DNA of 63,727 nucleotides, filler included, from Lenisia limosa (taxonomy: Eukaryota > Protista > Breviatea), in the NCBI GenBank assembly GCA_001655205.1. It is 7 parts of 7 records of this genome, joined end to end, with 100 filler letters (N's around TTAATTAATTAA, not from the genome) between each part and the next. Parts side by side here need not be neighbours in the genome. Positions count along the whole stretch, not along the records: positions 12,262 to 38,280 come from LPNZ01007710.1; 6 more parts are not named here. One strand, given 5' to 3'. The translations under genes and the position numbers were made by a program. This document shows, one piece after another, positions 14,230-29,390 of this stretch. The notes under the pieces were generated by a model that did no database searches, was not told where the DNA came from, and saw only the letters and a list, made by a program, of their open reading frames with translations. The number at the start of each line of letters is the position of its first letter. The first letter of the stretch is position 1.

Positions 14230-17200
14230 ATGGAGCAGCAAGGGGGGCTTTTTGCCGTTGACCCCAATGCCAATGACCATGTTTCGGATGTGGAATGCCT
14301 TGACTCTAGTGATAAGGACGAGCCCCAAGCTGATTTTGTTGATTTGATAGAGGCTGAAGAAGAAAGCCCCGCAGTTGAAGGCCCTGTAGTGGAAGAACAA
14401 TCAGAAGCCTTCGAGAGCCTTGAGAGTGATGTCGATTCTGAGGAGTCTGTCGCTGTATTCCCGTCGTTTTTTGAGCATTATGAGAAAAATGAGGCAGACT
14501 TCCCCTGGAAGATGGATGTTTCGGAATGTCGTAGTGTTCTGAAGGTAGGCGCAATGGCCTTCTTTTCGTATTTATGTTTGTTTTTTATTAAAACGATGTT
14601 TTCTTTGACGCCGCTGCACTTTACCTTCGTTTCCTTAGGTTGTTCTTGAAGTGGAAGGAGAGCCGACTGAGGGACTCTTCAAGGCCTTGCTTGATGGTGC
14701 CACTTCGTCAACTCCTTCCCAGAGTCATGTTGCTTTCTGCCATACTGTTTCCCTTGCCTTGTTTATGGAGCTTCTCCAAAGGGCCTCACTCCCTGTGATG
14801 GCTGCTGCAGTACACAAACTATCCGAGGTGTGTTGGACCGTGTGATTGACTGTTGACGGAATGGTGGACAATGTTCCAATGTTCCAATTCATTCTGGTAT
14901 GAGATTTATCATTGGGACTTGTTGGTGGAACCTCAAGGTGTGTACCAGGTGTCATTTCCCTTTTGAGTCGCAATCATGTCCTCTTTATTATCACATACGA
15001 TATTAGTCTCTATTAAGTTCTTTGCCTGCCCATGACACAGAGTAATCCACAGAGCATTTGTATATCAAGCCATACTCAAAAACTCTCATTTATACCACAT
15101 TCAGAAGTTTTCATTTGGTATGAATATGCGATGCTATGTATTCCCGCAATTCCCTAAACACCCCACAATTCTATAACCTCTGACATCCTCTTCTTCATTT
15201 AGAACCAGTGACCAATATAGACCCTGATACTCGCTGAATCAAACCAACTCTTTTTTGCTCACCGCACCATTTTGGACTTCTTTATGCGGGTCCTGGACTT
15301 CATGCTGGTCTCAAGTGACTCGCCCGCCCTTTCTGGCCAGTCCCATGTGGGCTCTTCTTTTTTTGCCTCGTTTGAGTTTTTTTCTAGGAAGGTGAAATAA
15401 TTTCTCTTAGCCTGTCAACTCAATTTGCGACTTTATTGTGGACATTCTGTCCTCCATCTGTGACCAAGCCTTCCTACACGCTCTTCTCAACAAAATTGCC
15501 AATTACCCAGTATGCCACCAGCGTTATCCCTTTCATGAAAATAATGCACATGGTACAGTTGGCCTTAGCATTGGCTTTTTCTCCGAGCCCATTGTTGTCA
15601 CAGTCTAGTATTGGGTCGGTAGCAGGATACTCTCTCGGCTTGGTTCGAAGACCATGATATCATCAACACCGCAGTTTGCTATGTGCCTATCTGGCCACTC
15701 CTCAAGGTGGGAATGAAAATGGAAAATGTCATTTGACCCAAGTAATATGTGCTACTACTATATAATTTCCAAATATTTCGAACTCCACACTTGTTTCATG
15801 CCAGCAGTGGAGCCCGGGCGAATTTAGAGCACAATGACACACGTTTCCCTCTTTTAACCCACGGAGCCTTCTCAGGTACTGTAGCTCTCTCATCCCTTGT
15901 CTTGTCTACTGTTGTTTAAGCTTTACCTGGTTTCCTTCTTGCCATGATAGCCACTCTTCACCAGTGTCGACTTGGCTTCGAGTGGAACAGTCAGGCGCAA
16001 GGGACCAGCCGCCTTCCTCCGCTCCGCGGCCCACTGTTTGGAAGTGGGTGCGGACATTTGTATATTATATTACTAGTAATATATGATATACTTTTATATA
16101 GTATGATATATACTAGCTATGTAATATATCATATACTACACTATATCATATACTGTATACGATGTGTATATTACTATATTATGCACATATAATACATGTA
16201 ATATATATACTATATATTATATAATACAATATGCATATCATACTTTTGGGGTCATTTTCACAAGTGATCATTATCCACGCAGTGATATGATACCTCAACT
16301 CCCTGTGATATTTGACCGACAAGTCTCAATGCTCTGATACACTCGGGATGAACCCTCGTGTTATCTTTGTTCATCATTACTGATCATATCACATCACTAG
16401 TGGATATTGATATGGGTTAAAATATATTGTAATAGTATATGAGATACTAAATTTATGATAGTTACATTTTTATAATGTGTAATTATATGTATCTAGATAA
16501 TATGTTATTGGATGCACTTGCCATCAGAACTGTGCTTAATCATAGCCCCTAAAATATCAGACTTGACGGCGGGTCACGGCAACCTAGTTTGGAATGCTAC
16601 CTTGAAGCGGCTGGCGGGGCAAGCGTCAACCCCTTTGACCCCAAGGCTAAGCGCATCCTCTCGTCATGGCAGGTTTGTTGGTTTTACTGGGTCAAAACTT
16701 TTTTTGTTCTCTTTGCGATATACTCCATATTGTTTGACCGTTTTAGGTAATGCTCTCGGTTGTTAGTCCCACCGGCGAAAGGGACACCGCTGCCCTCGGC
16801 AAAATTGCCCAGGGAGAATGGTAAGCGTTTTGGCTCTATTCCTTATCAATGTTAGGACGCACTTAGTTGTGACCCACCAACGTCGCAGGGTTTTAGGCTC
16901 CAAAGCTTCCCTCTTCGTCAACGGTGTCGGTGTAGGCCGGGGCTGAACAAGATGTTTCAAATGCAAATAATATATTCGTGACCATCTTTAAATGGTAGTA
17001 TATTCGTGACCATCTTTGTATATTGCTGATAAGCGTCAGATGAGTCCTAAGTCGCTGAAGTTCCCGTCGACACCCGGGTTCAAGGGCTTTTACCTGGGCA
17101 CGTCTGATGCTCACCCGCGGAACAGTTCGAGGATAATCACTCAACATTCAGTTCCCTTTACCCTTGTTTTTTGAATTAAACTTGGTAAGTTGTTTCCTTA

Positions 17201-20200
17201 ACCCAGAAGGCTCACGCGGGGTATCCACTGCCATGGGTGGAGACTTTGGTCCGACCTTGGTTTTCGACGCAGGTCTTGAAGCCGACCACGGTTTGAGGAA
17301 TCGGAATGGAATGGAATGACCGCCTGTGAAATTTCTCCCATCATTATATGCTAATACTCTAGCGAAGTGTCTCTTCTCAACACCCCATGATGCTCCGACT
17401 TTGTTTGCCAAAGATGCAATAATCTGTACTCCCAACGCCATACCAAGCATCACCAGTATGTTGGGACTGTTCACCAGTATGTTTGGATGTTGGCACTGTT
17501 CACTAGTATGTTGGGACTTTTCACTGACTGTTCCGTTGCTTAACGTTCTGACTACGATTCAGCTGAAACGTCGTTCAACAATACAAACCCCTCGGCTGCC
17601 AAGGTTTGTCACATTTTGTCACACTTACATATGGCATTTAATATCAATACATGTTTATGCAAATGAGCTAAATTTGTCTTTTGTGAAGTATAGATGTCAT
17701 ATCTGGTTATGATCACGATCTATAGATCTCCATGCGTTTGGACGGCGGAACATTCCCCCTCCTCCGAGCCGCTATGAGCCCGACACATTGGGATGGTGCC
17801 ACGTCACCTAAGGGCCTTATTCTGACCGCTGCCTCCACTTCATCAGAAGCGAAAGCTGAAGCCCCTCCAGCATGTGAGACTTTCTTGTTTGGTAATAACA
17901 CCTTCAGCTTCAGTGTTATCTGTTCTGAATTCGCATCTCCAAATGGCGTTTTACCCGTCAACCCACCAACACGGCCAGGTTGGTTAATAATTTGTCCATT
18001 ATATTGCTTCGTTGAATTGGCTTTCCTGGGTTTGGTTTTTTCTTCCAAACCGTCATAAATAAGTCAATAGTTGGGCTTTATCCATCCTTCCCTCTCCAGG
18101 TCAGCGACCTTGTCTCTTTGACAGACAATCGGCAGTTCATCCCGGTCCTGAGCGTGTCCGGCTCGGCCACAACTACCCACACGCCGACTTTGCTCAATTC
18201 GGTATGAGAGTTCAGATTTCAGATCCAAACATGCTCCAATTAAAAACCTCAGATCATTGCAATTGGCGGATTACCTGTACTCACTTTGGCCCTCAAGAAC
18301 CAAGAAACTGCCTGTTGGAGGGTATTCACAAGATATGATATTATATTATGAACTCCTAGAATAATAGTTTCCTTGAAATAAATTAAACAATTTGTTAATT
18401 GCTCTACAGTGGACTCACTCGCGCCATGTATGCAGTTGGCGTCTCAGCTCTTGGCAACAGCAAGTCATGTGGAAACTGAAGTAGGACTAGAATACGTTTT
18501 TTGACTTCTTCTGTTGGCTTCGGTGTGGCTGTCATAGTTGCAGAGATTAATGGTGGTCGAGTTCATATCGCTAATTGTGCCGGTTCTTCTGACCCTTCGG
18601 AGTACTGTAACGCCAATTATTGGTAGGGTTGTTACCTCCCCCCCCCCCCCATTAATACTTACAGTCGAAACCGTGATGAAATTTGGAGATCTCCTCCATG
18701 AACCTAAATCTTGTAACGTGTTCATACACCAGGTTGGGATGCATAACCTGTGTTCATGGGCTTGTGTGTCCTTTGGAATCTCAAAAATACTTATTGTAGA
18801 TGTTCAGCCGCTATAGATAACTCTTTGATTAAATAATACTGGCTTCGTCTAAATGCTCTCCTCACACTTTAGGTGCTCCTCAACTCAGCTCTTTGGCTCA
18901 GAGCGCCAGTCCATTCCCTTGCGTTGTGGTGCGAAAGCGTCCGAGCCTTCTCGAGAGCCATGCCTGATGAAGCCAGGAAGTTGGGGGGGGGGGGGNNNNN
19001 NNNNNNNNNNNNNNNNNNNNNNNNNNNNNNNNNNNNNNNNNNNNNNNNNNNNNNNTGCCAAAGCCATCAACAGCATTTTTATGAACATAACCTTGACAAA
19101 CAAGAATTATCTGTGATCGAATAGGGCCAAGGTGTCAGGAACACTTCTGATGGCAATCTCCAAACTCACTCGACACGATCTTAAAGATCACGCTCTTAAC
19201 CTCGCTGAAGTGTTGGAAGAACTCGTGGTAAGGCCAGTTCTTTGTTGACGCGGCCATTGGATAGTCTGATACTTGTAGGTTGGTAGAGGGTCACACCCTT
19301 CTGGCGATGACATTGACCTGGTCTTGTCGACGCTGGCCACAGCATCCAACCCCCACATTGCGGTATGCAGGGACTTTGCCGACTGAGCGTTGCAAGAAAC
19401 TCATCTTTTAGGGGCTTATGATGGGGCTTTTGACCAAGGCCGTGCAGCACCACTCTGCTGACTTACTGACTTACCTTTCAAAGAAACATGCATCTGTGGA
19501 GGATAAGTAGGCAGAAATGAATTGCATTGGCTCTCGTCCTGTTTTTCAATTTATCCATTAGGGGATTTGTGCCCTTTGCTGAAGCGCCACTTGTTTGGCT
19601 CTCTCCAGGACAGGTGAGTATCAGCTCTGATTGTGTCCGTCTTTCAAACATTTATGACCGTCCAGGCGGTATCATCCTGCAGCGGCTCTGGGCTCTTCAT
19701 CTTCTATCACCTCTGCAGTCATACTGACGAGACTGTTCGGTTCATGGTTTGCTCCCCTCTGTCTCATCATTTTGCAGTCTATTGAGTTACTCAGAATCTT
19801 CCTCAACAACATCCCCGCCAAGCAACGGCCAAAACTCGGCATCGATGTACTCGTACCGGTGAGTATGGCCTATATCACCCTCATATCTCACACATATCAC
19901 AGGGCCTGGTGTCTGCCTTGAGCGCACACGCAATCACACCCAATGTCTTGGTGTCTCTGTTCAACTTGGTGACCTACGAGTAAGCTCTCCCTGTCCTTAT
20001 TCGCTATCTGGTAGAGATAAAGATGGGGAAGAAGGCAGTGCATTCTCATTGCTACTGCTTTCTTTTTAGCGGACCTCTGTAACAATTCAGCGCGTCAGTG
20101 ACGACACTGTCTCTTCCTGAGCTAGTGCCTGCCATCTTCACCATCATCCGAATGTCCCCTCTGCCTTCGAACGGTGGGCATGGCCATTTTGCTTACAATC

Positions 20201-23200
20201 ACTGTAATGCTGATGCAAATTCCCTTACTTGCTAACTTGGCAGTGTCCCGACAAGCAGGAACCGCCTCAATTCATTTGGACAATTCGGCGTTGGAGGTGC
20301 TCCGAAATGCCCCTCAAAGAGAGGAATCTTCGGGTCAGCATCTATTCCTCATCATTTCTTCGCATTTATTACCACGTTTTGATAGAGCAGAGACCTTCAC
20401 GACGGGGTCCCGGGGCTACGAGCAGAAATCTGCAGTCGTCTTCGAAGTAGGATTCCGACCATGCAATTTAGGATGTCGAAAATTCCGTCTTTTTCGACCT
20501 GCCCCTACCCCCATCACGCCTCATGCTACCAGGCTCTCCGCATGACTCAGCAACTGGTGCAGGAAACACCTCTCGCTGCTCTCGCTCTCGCACGTGCACC
20601 TTTGTTCTCTCGTGAAATGGCCCTTTGTGCTTTGGTGAGTCGTGATGAGACCCGTCACGTTGTAGCAACAAGATGCCGTCCACTCCAGCTCCAGTCTGAG
20701 GGAAATCTTCTCCAACACGCTGATCTCTGTCATGGAACCATGTCTGGCAGAAACTGATGGACACACTTTACTGTCGCACTGCATTGCTGTACTGAGAACC
20801 TCTATCCTCAAACCTGGTGAGGGGGCTGCTCTAATGTGTTGCCTCTGCTGTTGAGAACAATCCAACCTGATACAACTATTGTATGTATATTGTTGCTCAT
20901 AAAAGTGGATTTGGTGTAATTTCTATCACCGTGGAATATCTATTGTTAACCCATTAGCTAACACTGAGCATGGAATGGCGGGTATTCAGTCCGTTTCTAT
21001 CATCAAGCGCCACGTCTTCTTCTCAGCAGTGACCAAAATCTTCCTGTCCTCTCTCATTGACTGCTGCGCTAAACTGGTTTGCCGCCCTTGGTTTGTTGAC
21101 GTTTCAGCTGTCGTCAGGCTCGTCGTACACCACGTCCATGCTGCACTCCTGTGATACTGCAGTGTCGCTTGTAGAGGACCTCATTGTGTCGTCACCTCCA
21201 AGTGTCGACGATGTCAGTTCGAATGAGGCAAATGCCATTGTCAAGGCGAGTAAAACGTTGGTGCTTTCAATGAACAATCGACCGATTTTTTTAATAGCCA
21301 CTTGTATTACACTTTAGGGGGATGCAGTACCTGTCATCTTTCTCTGCCACCGCTTTCAACACGGCTGTGACTCTTGCTGAAGGTGGGTCAGATAAAAGAC
21401 TCTTGCTGAAGATGGGTCAGATAAAATGCTTGATATTTGATACCTAGATTATTATACTCAGACCAGAATGTATTATATGTGATATGATCTGTACAAATTA
21501 ATAGAATTACTTATGATATCATATGGTATATCATACGATATGATATCATATGTACATCAATTTAATTCAACCCCCCCCCCATCCTCATTGACCAGGCCGG
21601 GTGCCGCAGCCGCGACGCTCCACCGACATGCCTCGTCCAAGTGCCATCCTCACCACGTCGTCCATGCTAGCTGTCGCAACCAAAACACTGCTTCTGGCTG
21701 AGAAGCTGCTTAATGTTGGTAGTGTTTGAATTGGTCTTTTTGGTTCTGCGGCCTGATGAGCCTCCCCCCAGATTCGTACTATTGAGGGTAAGATCGAAGA
21801 TGTGCAGTTCTTTGCCTTCGTTCGTATTTTGCACCCCGTCACTTTCGCATGTGCCAATGGTAGGGATTGAAGGAGACAAATCATCATTGTTTCTTTGTAA
21901 CAAATCGAGTAGTTCATCTCGGTTTCACAAGTTGGTGTGGCTAACTCCTCAGATTCGAAGGAAGGAGACACCATCCGCCCAAGAACCCCGACCTCCTTTA
22001 AAGACCTCCAGTATGCCAATTTCGTATCCATTTCGCTTATACCTCGAATTTATTGTCAATCCCCCAGGACCACTTTGAGTCAAACGAAAGGCATGCAGTC
22101 GGCGGTGGTCAGCTATCTCTCCAACAAGGTTCTTGACGTCGTTGTGAGCGGTGCTTGCACTGCCTGCCTTTTCATCTTTTCGAACTAACCTCCAAGGCCT
22201 CACCCAACTCTACGCACGGCCTCTACAGCATTTTGGACATGTTCCTTAACCTCGCCGCATCACTCAGCAAACACTCGGTGCGACCCTTGTTCAACCGCTA
22301 TTGGCCCAAACAACTATCGGTAGTACTCACCAATTAGATCAACTCCAATGTGGACTTCTCTAAGTTGCCGCCCAACGTAGCCGTCAGAGTACAGGGGAGG
22401 GAGTTGGTTTACTGATTAGCCTTGGCTCATATGATTTCTTTATTGGCCTTTTTATAAAATACGTGATGCTGATGATGTAGAAAGCAGGCAAATCAGGCTG
22501 GGTCGTAGCTCTCGTGACTATCCTGGTGGAAGTGGCTCATCAACTTGCTGAACTCTCTGGACTATCTCCGTGAGGGGTCGTTACCTGGCAGCTTGCCTTA
22601 CTACTAATAACTGACATTCTCCCAGGCCTCTCAGAGCCGTAATAATGACTGACATTCTCCCAGGCCTCTCAGAACCGTAATAATAACTAACATTCTCCCA
22701 GGCCTCTCAGAGCCGTTTTAGACACCGTCAAGTCCATCATCATCACCCATCAAGTAAGAGACGTTTTGACCTATGACTGAAAGTTGCTGTTGCTGATGAT
22801 AGAATAATGATAATGAAAAAATATTCACTTTCTACACACTCCTATTACCACTTTAGGAGGCCTTTATGTTCATTGTTCCCGACTTCTTCGAAGTAAGTCC
22901 CACCTCATAGGGACCTTCAAAGGACCATTTCAGCATCCTTTGAACGTCCCTATGAAACTATCCTGCTCCTATCTTACTCCATGTAGCACGAGGCCGTCAG
23001 TGGGCTGGCAGATAACGCGAGTGCCGCACAGCTTTTGGACGTTTTGGGCACGATTCAGTCGAAGCTTGATCAGCAGGTGCCCTCGCTGATCACAAGGTGA
23101 GAGTGAGTCATTTTTCTCATCTTTAGTGAGGTGTATGGAGGTTGCCTTGCCAGCTTGGAAAAGAGCCAGTTTGCCCTCAACTCCGCTGCCGCAGCAGTTA

Positions 23201-26200
23201 TGACCCAATNNNNNNNNNNNNNNNNNNNNNNNNNNNNNNNNNNNNNNNNNNNNNNNNNNNNNNNNNNNNNNNNNNNNNNNNNNNNNNNNNNNNNNNNNNN
23301 NNNNNNNNNNNNNNNNNNNNNNNNNNNNNNNNNNNNNNNNNNNNNNNNNAGGGCTGTACACGACAAGCTGGGTACTCCTCACAGGTTCGCTGGCTCTACT
23401 TCTGAAACATAATCAATACTTTATCATATGTAAATCATCTCATATGTTGTTTATATTCATATGGCATTCATTCGTGTAAATAAATGGGGATACTGTCCCA
23501 TTTCGTTGAATTTACCGATTTAGGTATCCACCCAAAGCAGAAAGCTTGCTGTGACTTTAGTCAGACAAAACAAAGGTTTTGTGGTGTACATTTAGGTTTA
23601 ATACAATGAACCCAGACATATAACCGCTTTAGGCGAAGGACTCGCAGTGTTTGGACTAAACTCTGAGGCAAACACAGTGCATTGTGTGGGGTTCTCCAAA
23701 AACCATCCTCTTCTTCACGTGAGCAAATTGCTTCTTGATCGGTTGTTCAACTCAAAATGATATAGCTAACACAACAGGCTGCCCGAGAGCCGTCCCCCCT
23801 GACAGCGTCGCCGGATGCCGTGCCACAGTCCTCCAACATCATCTTTCACGTCAATGATGGCGTTCGTTGGGCTTCTCTTTTAGGATTTGAAAAAGGCAGC
23901 TTACCCCTCAGACCGCTACAGAGACTGCCACTTTCCAAGGAGTGGACAGTGATCACGTGACTCTGACACCCGACCAAATTCTACCTTCAGGTTTGATGGT
24001 CAATTATGGCGCGGTGTAAAACGCTACTAACATATCATAAATTACTACCTGCTATGGAAATGATATCCGTTGTGGATTACCAACGCTTTAGGTCTCGGTT
24101 TTGCTCCAGACTCTGTATTCAGTACTAAGGGCGTGACGCGGTTGATGCCGTGTGCGGACCTTGGTAGGCTATGTGACTCAGAACTATCGTGACGTTCGGG
24201 ACTTATGAATTAGGTGGTGCATTGGTCGTATCCAAGACGCTTGCCCTCTTCATTCCAACCACAGATGCCATGGTAAGAAGTGGCGAAATCCTTTTACGTT
24301 CCACTTCTGTTGTGTTGGTTATTTGATTTGACCCCGAAGGACTATCTGCCGTTCTGCGCTCCCGTCGCCTCTTTGACCGAAATTGTACGTGCTAAATTAT
24401 TTGATTGGAAATGAGACATGAGAGAAATTGGCGAATTAAATTCGTCCTTCTTTATTGCGTTTTTTTCGGGCTTATAGTATTTGTTAAAATACACATTCTT
24501 TACTTTGGCAGCACTACCGTCTTGACTCCGGACGCAATAAGGCCATGGAACTGTTTTTCAGTAGGTCGTGCTTTCAGAGATAGAATCAGCAAGATTAACT
24601 TAAGCTTATTCCAATACATCACTGATAAGCTTTTTTTGCTCATGGTCACTCTATAGAAGACAATGTGACCCTTTTTGTTGTGTTCGCAACGCAGGACGAA
24701 CGCAACGCTGCGGCCAAGGCACTCAAGGGGGTCTCAAGTGCTGAGTGGGGGGATGGTCCTAAACAGATGATGAATATGGGTATAAAAACTTTCTCGCCTC
24801 AATTCGGGCCTAAAGGCCAGTACTTTTGTGTACCTTTCATGTTTGAGGGTTTGACCAATTAGACTTATTGCAGGCCGCGCGCTACAGAGCAAACTGAAGG
24901 CTACAACCACCTCGTGGCAAAACGGGACGCTTTCAAACCTTGACTATCTTTTGGCGCTGAACAGGTGGCCAGTAATATGAGGAATAGCAATGAAAAATAA
25001 GGTTGTTTCTGGCCGAAGCCGTCNNNNNNNNNNNNNNNNNNNNNNNNNNNNNNNNNNNNNNNNNNNNNNNNNNNNNNNNNGCCTTACAACTCTGTGCACA
25101 CGGCTTTCTGTGTGCCTCCCCAGCAATTGGAAATGAGGAACAGTTAGTCTGTTTTATGTATCTAGGAATCTGTCAAAAAGTACCCCATTAGCGCAGATTG
25201 TTACTTGGTGTAACTCCTCCAGGATATCCGGCCGGTCCTTCAACACCATTCACCAGTACCCTGTCATGCCATGGGTACTCTCCGATTACTCTTCTGCCAC
25301 ACTCGACCTCAATGACCCCCAGGTTTGTCCTATTAAGCTCAAATTGATACCAAACATACCATACCCTTCCTTACAGCAAGTGATGTATTGCTTTACGTTG
25401 CAGTCTTACCGAGACCTTTCCAAGCCCATTGCAGCGATATCCGAAGAACGAAGAGCTGCAGCCTCAGTGAAGTACCAAAGGTTGGCCCTCTACTGGCTCT
25501 CTCAAGTCTTCTGCAATGTAACACCATGCAGTCTGTTGGAGTCCAATGACACCCCCTATATGCATGGGTCGCACTACAGCAATGTTGGCGTTCCGATATA
25601 CTTCCTCGTTCGTTTAGGTGTGGTGACTGGTTATGATAAGATGTTCGGGTTCATCTTTTTATTGCACCGTTTTGTTCAACACATTCTATCAGTATCTAGT
25701 GGTAGCATCTTTAACTCATTGCCCCGCTACGATTTATCTTTTGTAGCCCCTTTCACGAACTACCATGTCGCGTTCCAATCAGGTTTGCTGCCTCCATCAA
25801 CTAAAATGAGACAAATGTTTCCAACATTTTCTCTTATTGGTGAATAACCACCATAGTGACAGTTGTTATCCCCCCCCCCCCAGGTACTTTTGACCACAGC
25901 GACCGGATGTTCTACTCGATCCCCAAGGCCTGGAAAAGTGCCACCACGTCTCCTTCAGATTGCAAAGAAGTGAGAAAACCATTATCAGCATGAACTTACC
26001 CCTCAGCTTATTCCTGAAATGTTTATGACGCCATCGCTTCTGGTTAACTCTTCTCGTTTTCCTCTTGGCACCACGCAAAACGGAACATGCATTGTGGGTG
26101 TTTTAATGGGGGTGGTACGTTGTGGGTGTGTCTCTCCTACGGTAGCTGATTCGACCTCTTACTGTGCAGTCAAACGTTGAACTGCCGCAATGGGCTAGTA

Positions 26201-29200
26201 CGGCCGCCAACTTTATAGCCTTGCATCGCGCCGCGTTGGAAAGCAGCCACGTCACCGCTGCCCTGCCTAAGTGGATTGACCTTGTCTTCGGCTGCAACCA
26301 ACAGGGCCCCGGCGCTGTGGAGTGTTATAACGGTTTGCTTCCCACTGCCAGGCTAAATGCCTTTTGGAATCCCTTTTCTTTTTGCTCTTTTTGTCATTTT
26401 TGTGACAGAGACTTTACTGCACGTAGTGTTCTACCCCACAGCATATGCGGACCAATGTAAATTGGATGCAGTGGAACCGATGGAACGGGAGGCTATCATT
26501 GACACCATCAAACTCTTCGGCCAGTGCCCTGTTCAGGTCTTCAAAGTGGGTCGCGTCATGAACCTTTTCATTTACCTCCAAAGAAGCCGCACCCCCCGCA
26601 TACCGTTGAGCCAACACAAATGTTCGGCATGTTCAAGTGGGAGGGGATGTTAGGGGATGTTCGACATATCCAAGTGGGAGGGGATGTTCGGCATATTCAA
26701 GTGGGAGGGAATGAATTTGTTTAAATCCTCGTTAAAGACATCATACCTTGTACGGAAGTCTTGTGACACACAGTGCGCTACTGTTCAGAAAGAAGCCCAC
26801 ACCTGGAACTTCCGAGCCCCCCCAATGTACGAGAGGGCTACTTAACTTAAAAAATGATTCGCAGAGCCTCACCCCACAGTATCATCAGAGCCTAGCTCAT
26901 TGGTGTCGACAGCCGTGATTCCGTCCCCAGTCAAGCCCATTGCTATTGAGGTGACTTGAACTGGTGTTAATACTGAATTGCCTCTTGCCTTCCCTAACTA
27001 TTCAGGCATTGAACCAAAAGCAAGGCTATCTTTGTGTCGCCGAATCTGGCGTCTTCTCGGTGCTTCAGTTCGGCGGCATAGCTGAGGGTTTGTTTGGTTC
27101 GGCCGTGACCTCTCCAGTGGATGCAATTCGAGCTGAGGAAACTGCAGTTCAAGCCGAAGTCCGCCTGGAAACGCCCTGTATGTTCATTTGCCTATTCTGA
27201 CCGCTATCTTGTCCCGCCACTGCACCTGTAACCCCTTAGCAACGACGCCTTCGTACACTTCCACCAACCCCTTCGATGCGCCCGTATCCACTAACCCCTT
27301 TGACACTCCGAGCCAATGTACGTCCAAACATTACCAACTGACCATCTAGCCCAGGCCGCCAGCTCCGAAAGCTCGTCCGGCCCGGCTCGTGTCACCCGAA
27401 CTGCTTCCAAGGCTGGTCTGTTTATTGGGCAAAGGGGTGACAAAATTTTCCTTCTGTGAATATATTTCTGACCTTCAGGCAAAGCGGTGCTCTTTGGCAC
27501 CATGAATGTCAGCAAAAAAGCCGCCAATATGGCGACATCTGGAGTTACAGGTGGGAAGGCGGTAAATTTGTGCTTCTTATCAAATATTCCCAACTACTCG
27601 CCAGATAATAGTCCTTAACATAACTTCTTTGAATTCACTGGAAAATGACATGGGATGCTGAGCTGCAGAATGGGCTCTGTTTGTTTTGTTATTTCCAACC
27701 CTTGTGTGTTGTCAGCCAACAGGGTTGATTTGGGCTGTTTTTGTTTCAGAAATTTTCCAATTTTACTCCCCCCCCCCTCACCGTTGAAGGTATGGCGTCA
27801 TCGGTCTCTTCGGGGGCTGGCTCCCTCTGGAAAGTGGTCAAAAACTCCAAAGGTTGTGGGGTGGCGGGTTGAGGTAAAGCAGTCACTAACGATCCTAGAA
27901 ATTGGAGATTGGCACAGTCTTCCCGTTCCGATTCTGCCGAACCAGGGTAGGGCCTTCCCCACCCTGCTAATATCTGTAGTTCTAGGTGGCAACCACGTGA
28001 CCTTGTCCCAAGAGGATGCGCTCTTTGTTCTCTCACCCGCCGACTTCAGCGTCCGAGTGGGCCCTGGGCTGGCGTTATGGGGTCTGTGCTCCCAGGCTTT
28101 ACCCAGGCTTTTTGTACCGCTTCCATATTAAACGTATAACCGGGCCCTAGTGCATGCTTCCGCCATACACAGCAGTCGACTCGCAGCTGCTGCTTCCTCA
28201 TGATGCCAGACCTCTCGCCATCAAAATCATCAACAAGGTTGGCATGCTGTGCTGCAAGTGGAACAGATATTTGTTTTGATCCTTTGTTATTCGATCGCAA
28301 CCAGGCTGTTCCTTCATGTGATTAGTCCCTCGTCATCCTCAGTGCTACGTATCTCCTTTTCGCGTCAATCAAAAAGACCATGCAAATCGAGAAAACTGTA
28401 CGGCTTACCCATTTTGTCAAGCCCAATAAGGCAATTGCCTGTTTGGGAAGGGAGTCTTTCGCTGTGCAAGGACAGGATCCAAAGTAAGTACACTACAAAC
28501 AACCAAAGCCACAATCTACACCGCTGTTGTCTTGGTTTCTTGGCTGGTGACCCCATTCACTGACCCTTACCCCCCAGGTCGATGATGATCAGCTCCATTA
28601 GAGATGTCTCTAGGTCCACAAATTTGGTTCATTTCGAAGCGGAAGTCATAAGCTGCAGCACCTTGGTATGTCATATTCCCCTGTTGTCATTAATTACTGT
28701 GACCCTGAGTAGTTGGAGTGACGCTTTAGGAGGCTCTGAACGGCGTGGCTGTCTTGCTCAAACGCGACGACTATCACTTTGTTGACGTGCTATCCCAGTC
28801 TGGCGAGGCTATTCAGACGTTCTCTGTTGACAAGGTGGGAACTGCACTTGCCTCTTTCGTGTTTCCTCATTTACTCTTTCAGGGAGATTGGACTTCCATT
28901 ACGGGTTCTGAGGAGGCACTTTTCCTCCAAGGTGGGGATTACGGGTTCTGAGGAGGCACTTTTCCTCCATGGTGGATTACGGGTCCTGAGGAGGCACTTT
29001 TCCTCCATGGTGGGGATTACAACAAAAACCTGTGGAAATATTATCCCTAACAGTCTGTAGGCAGCAATGAGGTACTGAAGATGCCGCTAAATGATGACTC
29101 TTTCGTGTTGCCTTCCAAACACTCCGCGCCAGCAGGGAACAGGTGCGTTTCGCTGCGGATCGTTATCGTTACTGACATCTGTAGAGTCGGGGTTATGATG

Positions 29201-29227
29201 GACAGCCACTTGCACCTCTCAAAGTAG
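14230..29227 (+). CDS. Large BEACH-domain protein (neurobeachin/LRBA/Lvs-like): ConA-like, PH, BEACH, WD40
   Basis: STWLRVE..LECYL..WTHLVVTH..SLFVNGV (ConA-like); HQYPVMPWVLSDY..YRDLSKPI..HGSHYS..DRMFYSI..LIPEMF..VELPQWA..LPKWIDLVFG..FGQCPVQVF (BEACH); WD40-like tail ending TAG at 29225-29227; start ATG inferred. Confidence 0.9.
27652..27780 (+). repeat. Family A element near an acceptor in the BEACH gene
   Basis: gcagaatgggctctgtttgttttgttatttccaacccttgtgtgttgtcagccaacagggttgatttgggctg..aattttccaattttactcccccccc; AG at 27788-27789. Confidence 0.8.
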
Positions 29228-29390
29228 CCTTACTTCCTCACGTTTTGATACATTTAATATAATGATTGTTCATGGGTCGCTCATTCGTTGTTTAAATATT
29301 CCAAGTCACTTAATTTACCAATTCTGAAAATGATTTATTACACATTATATCTGTCTTCTCTGGCGGTAGGTTAGGGGCATAGCGTGGGGA

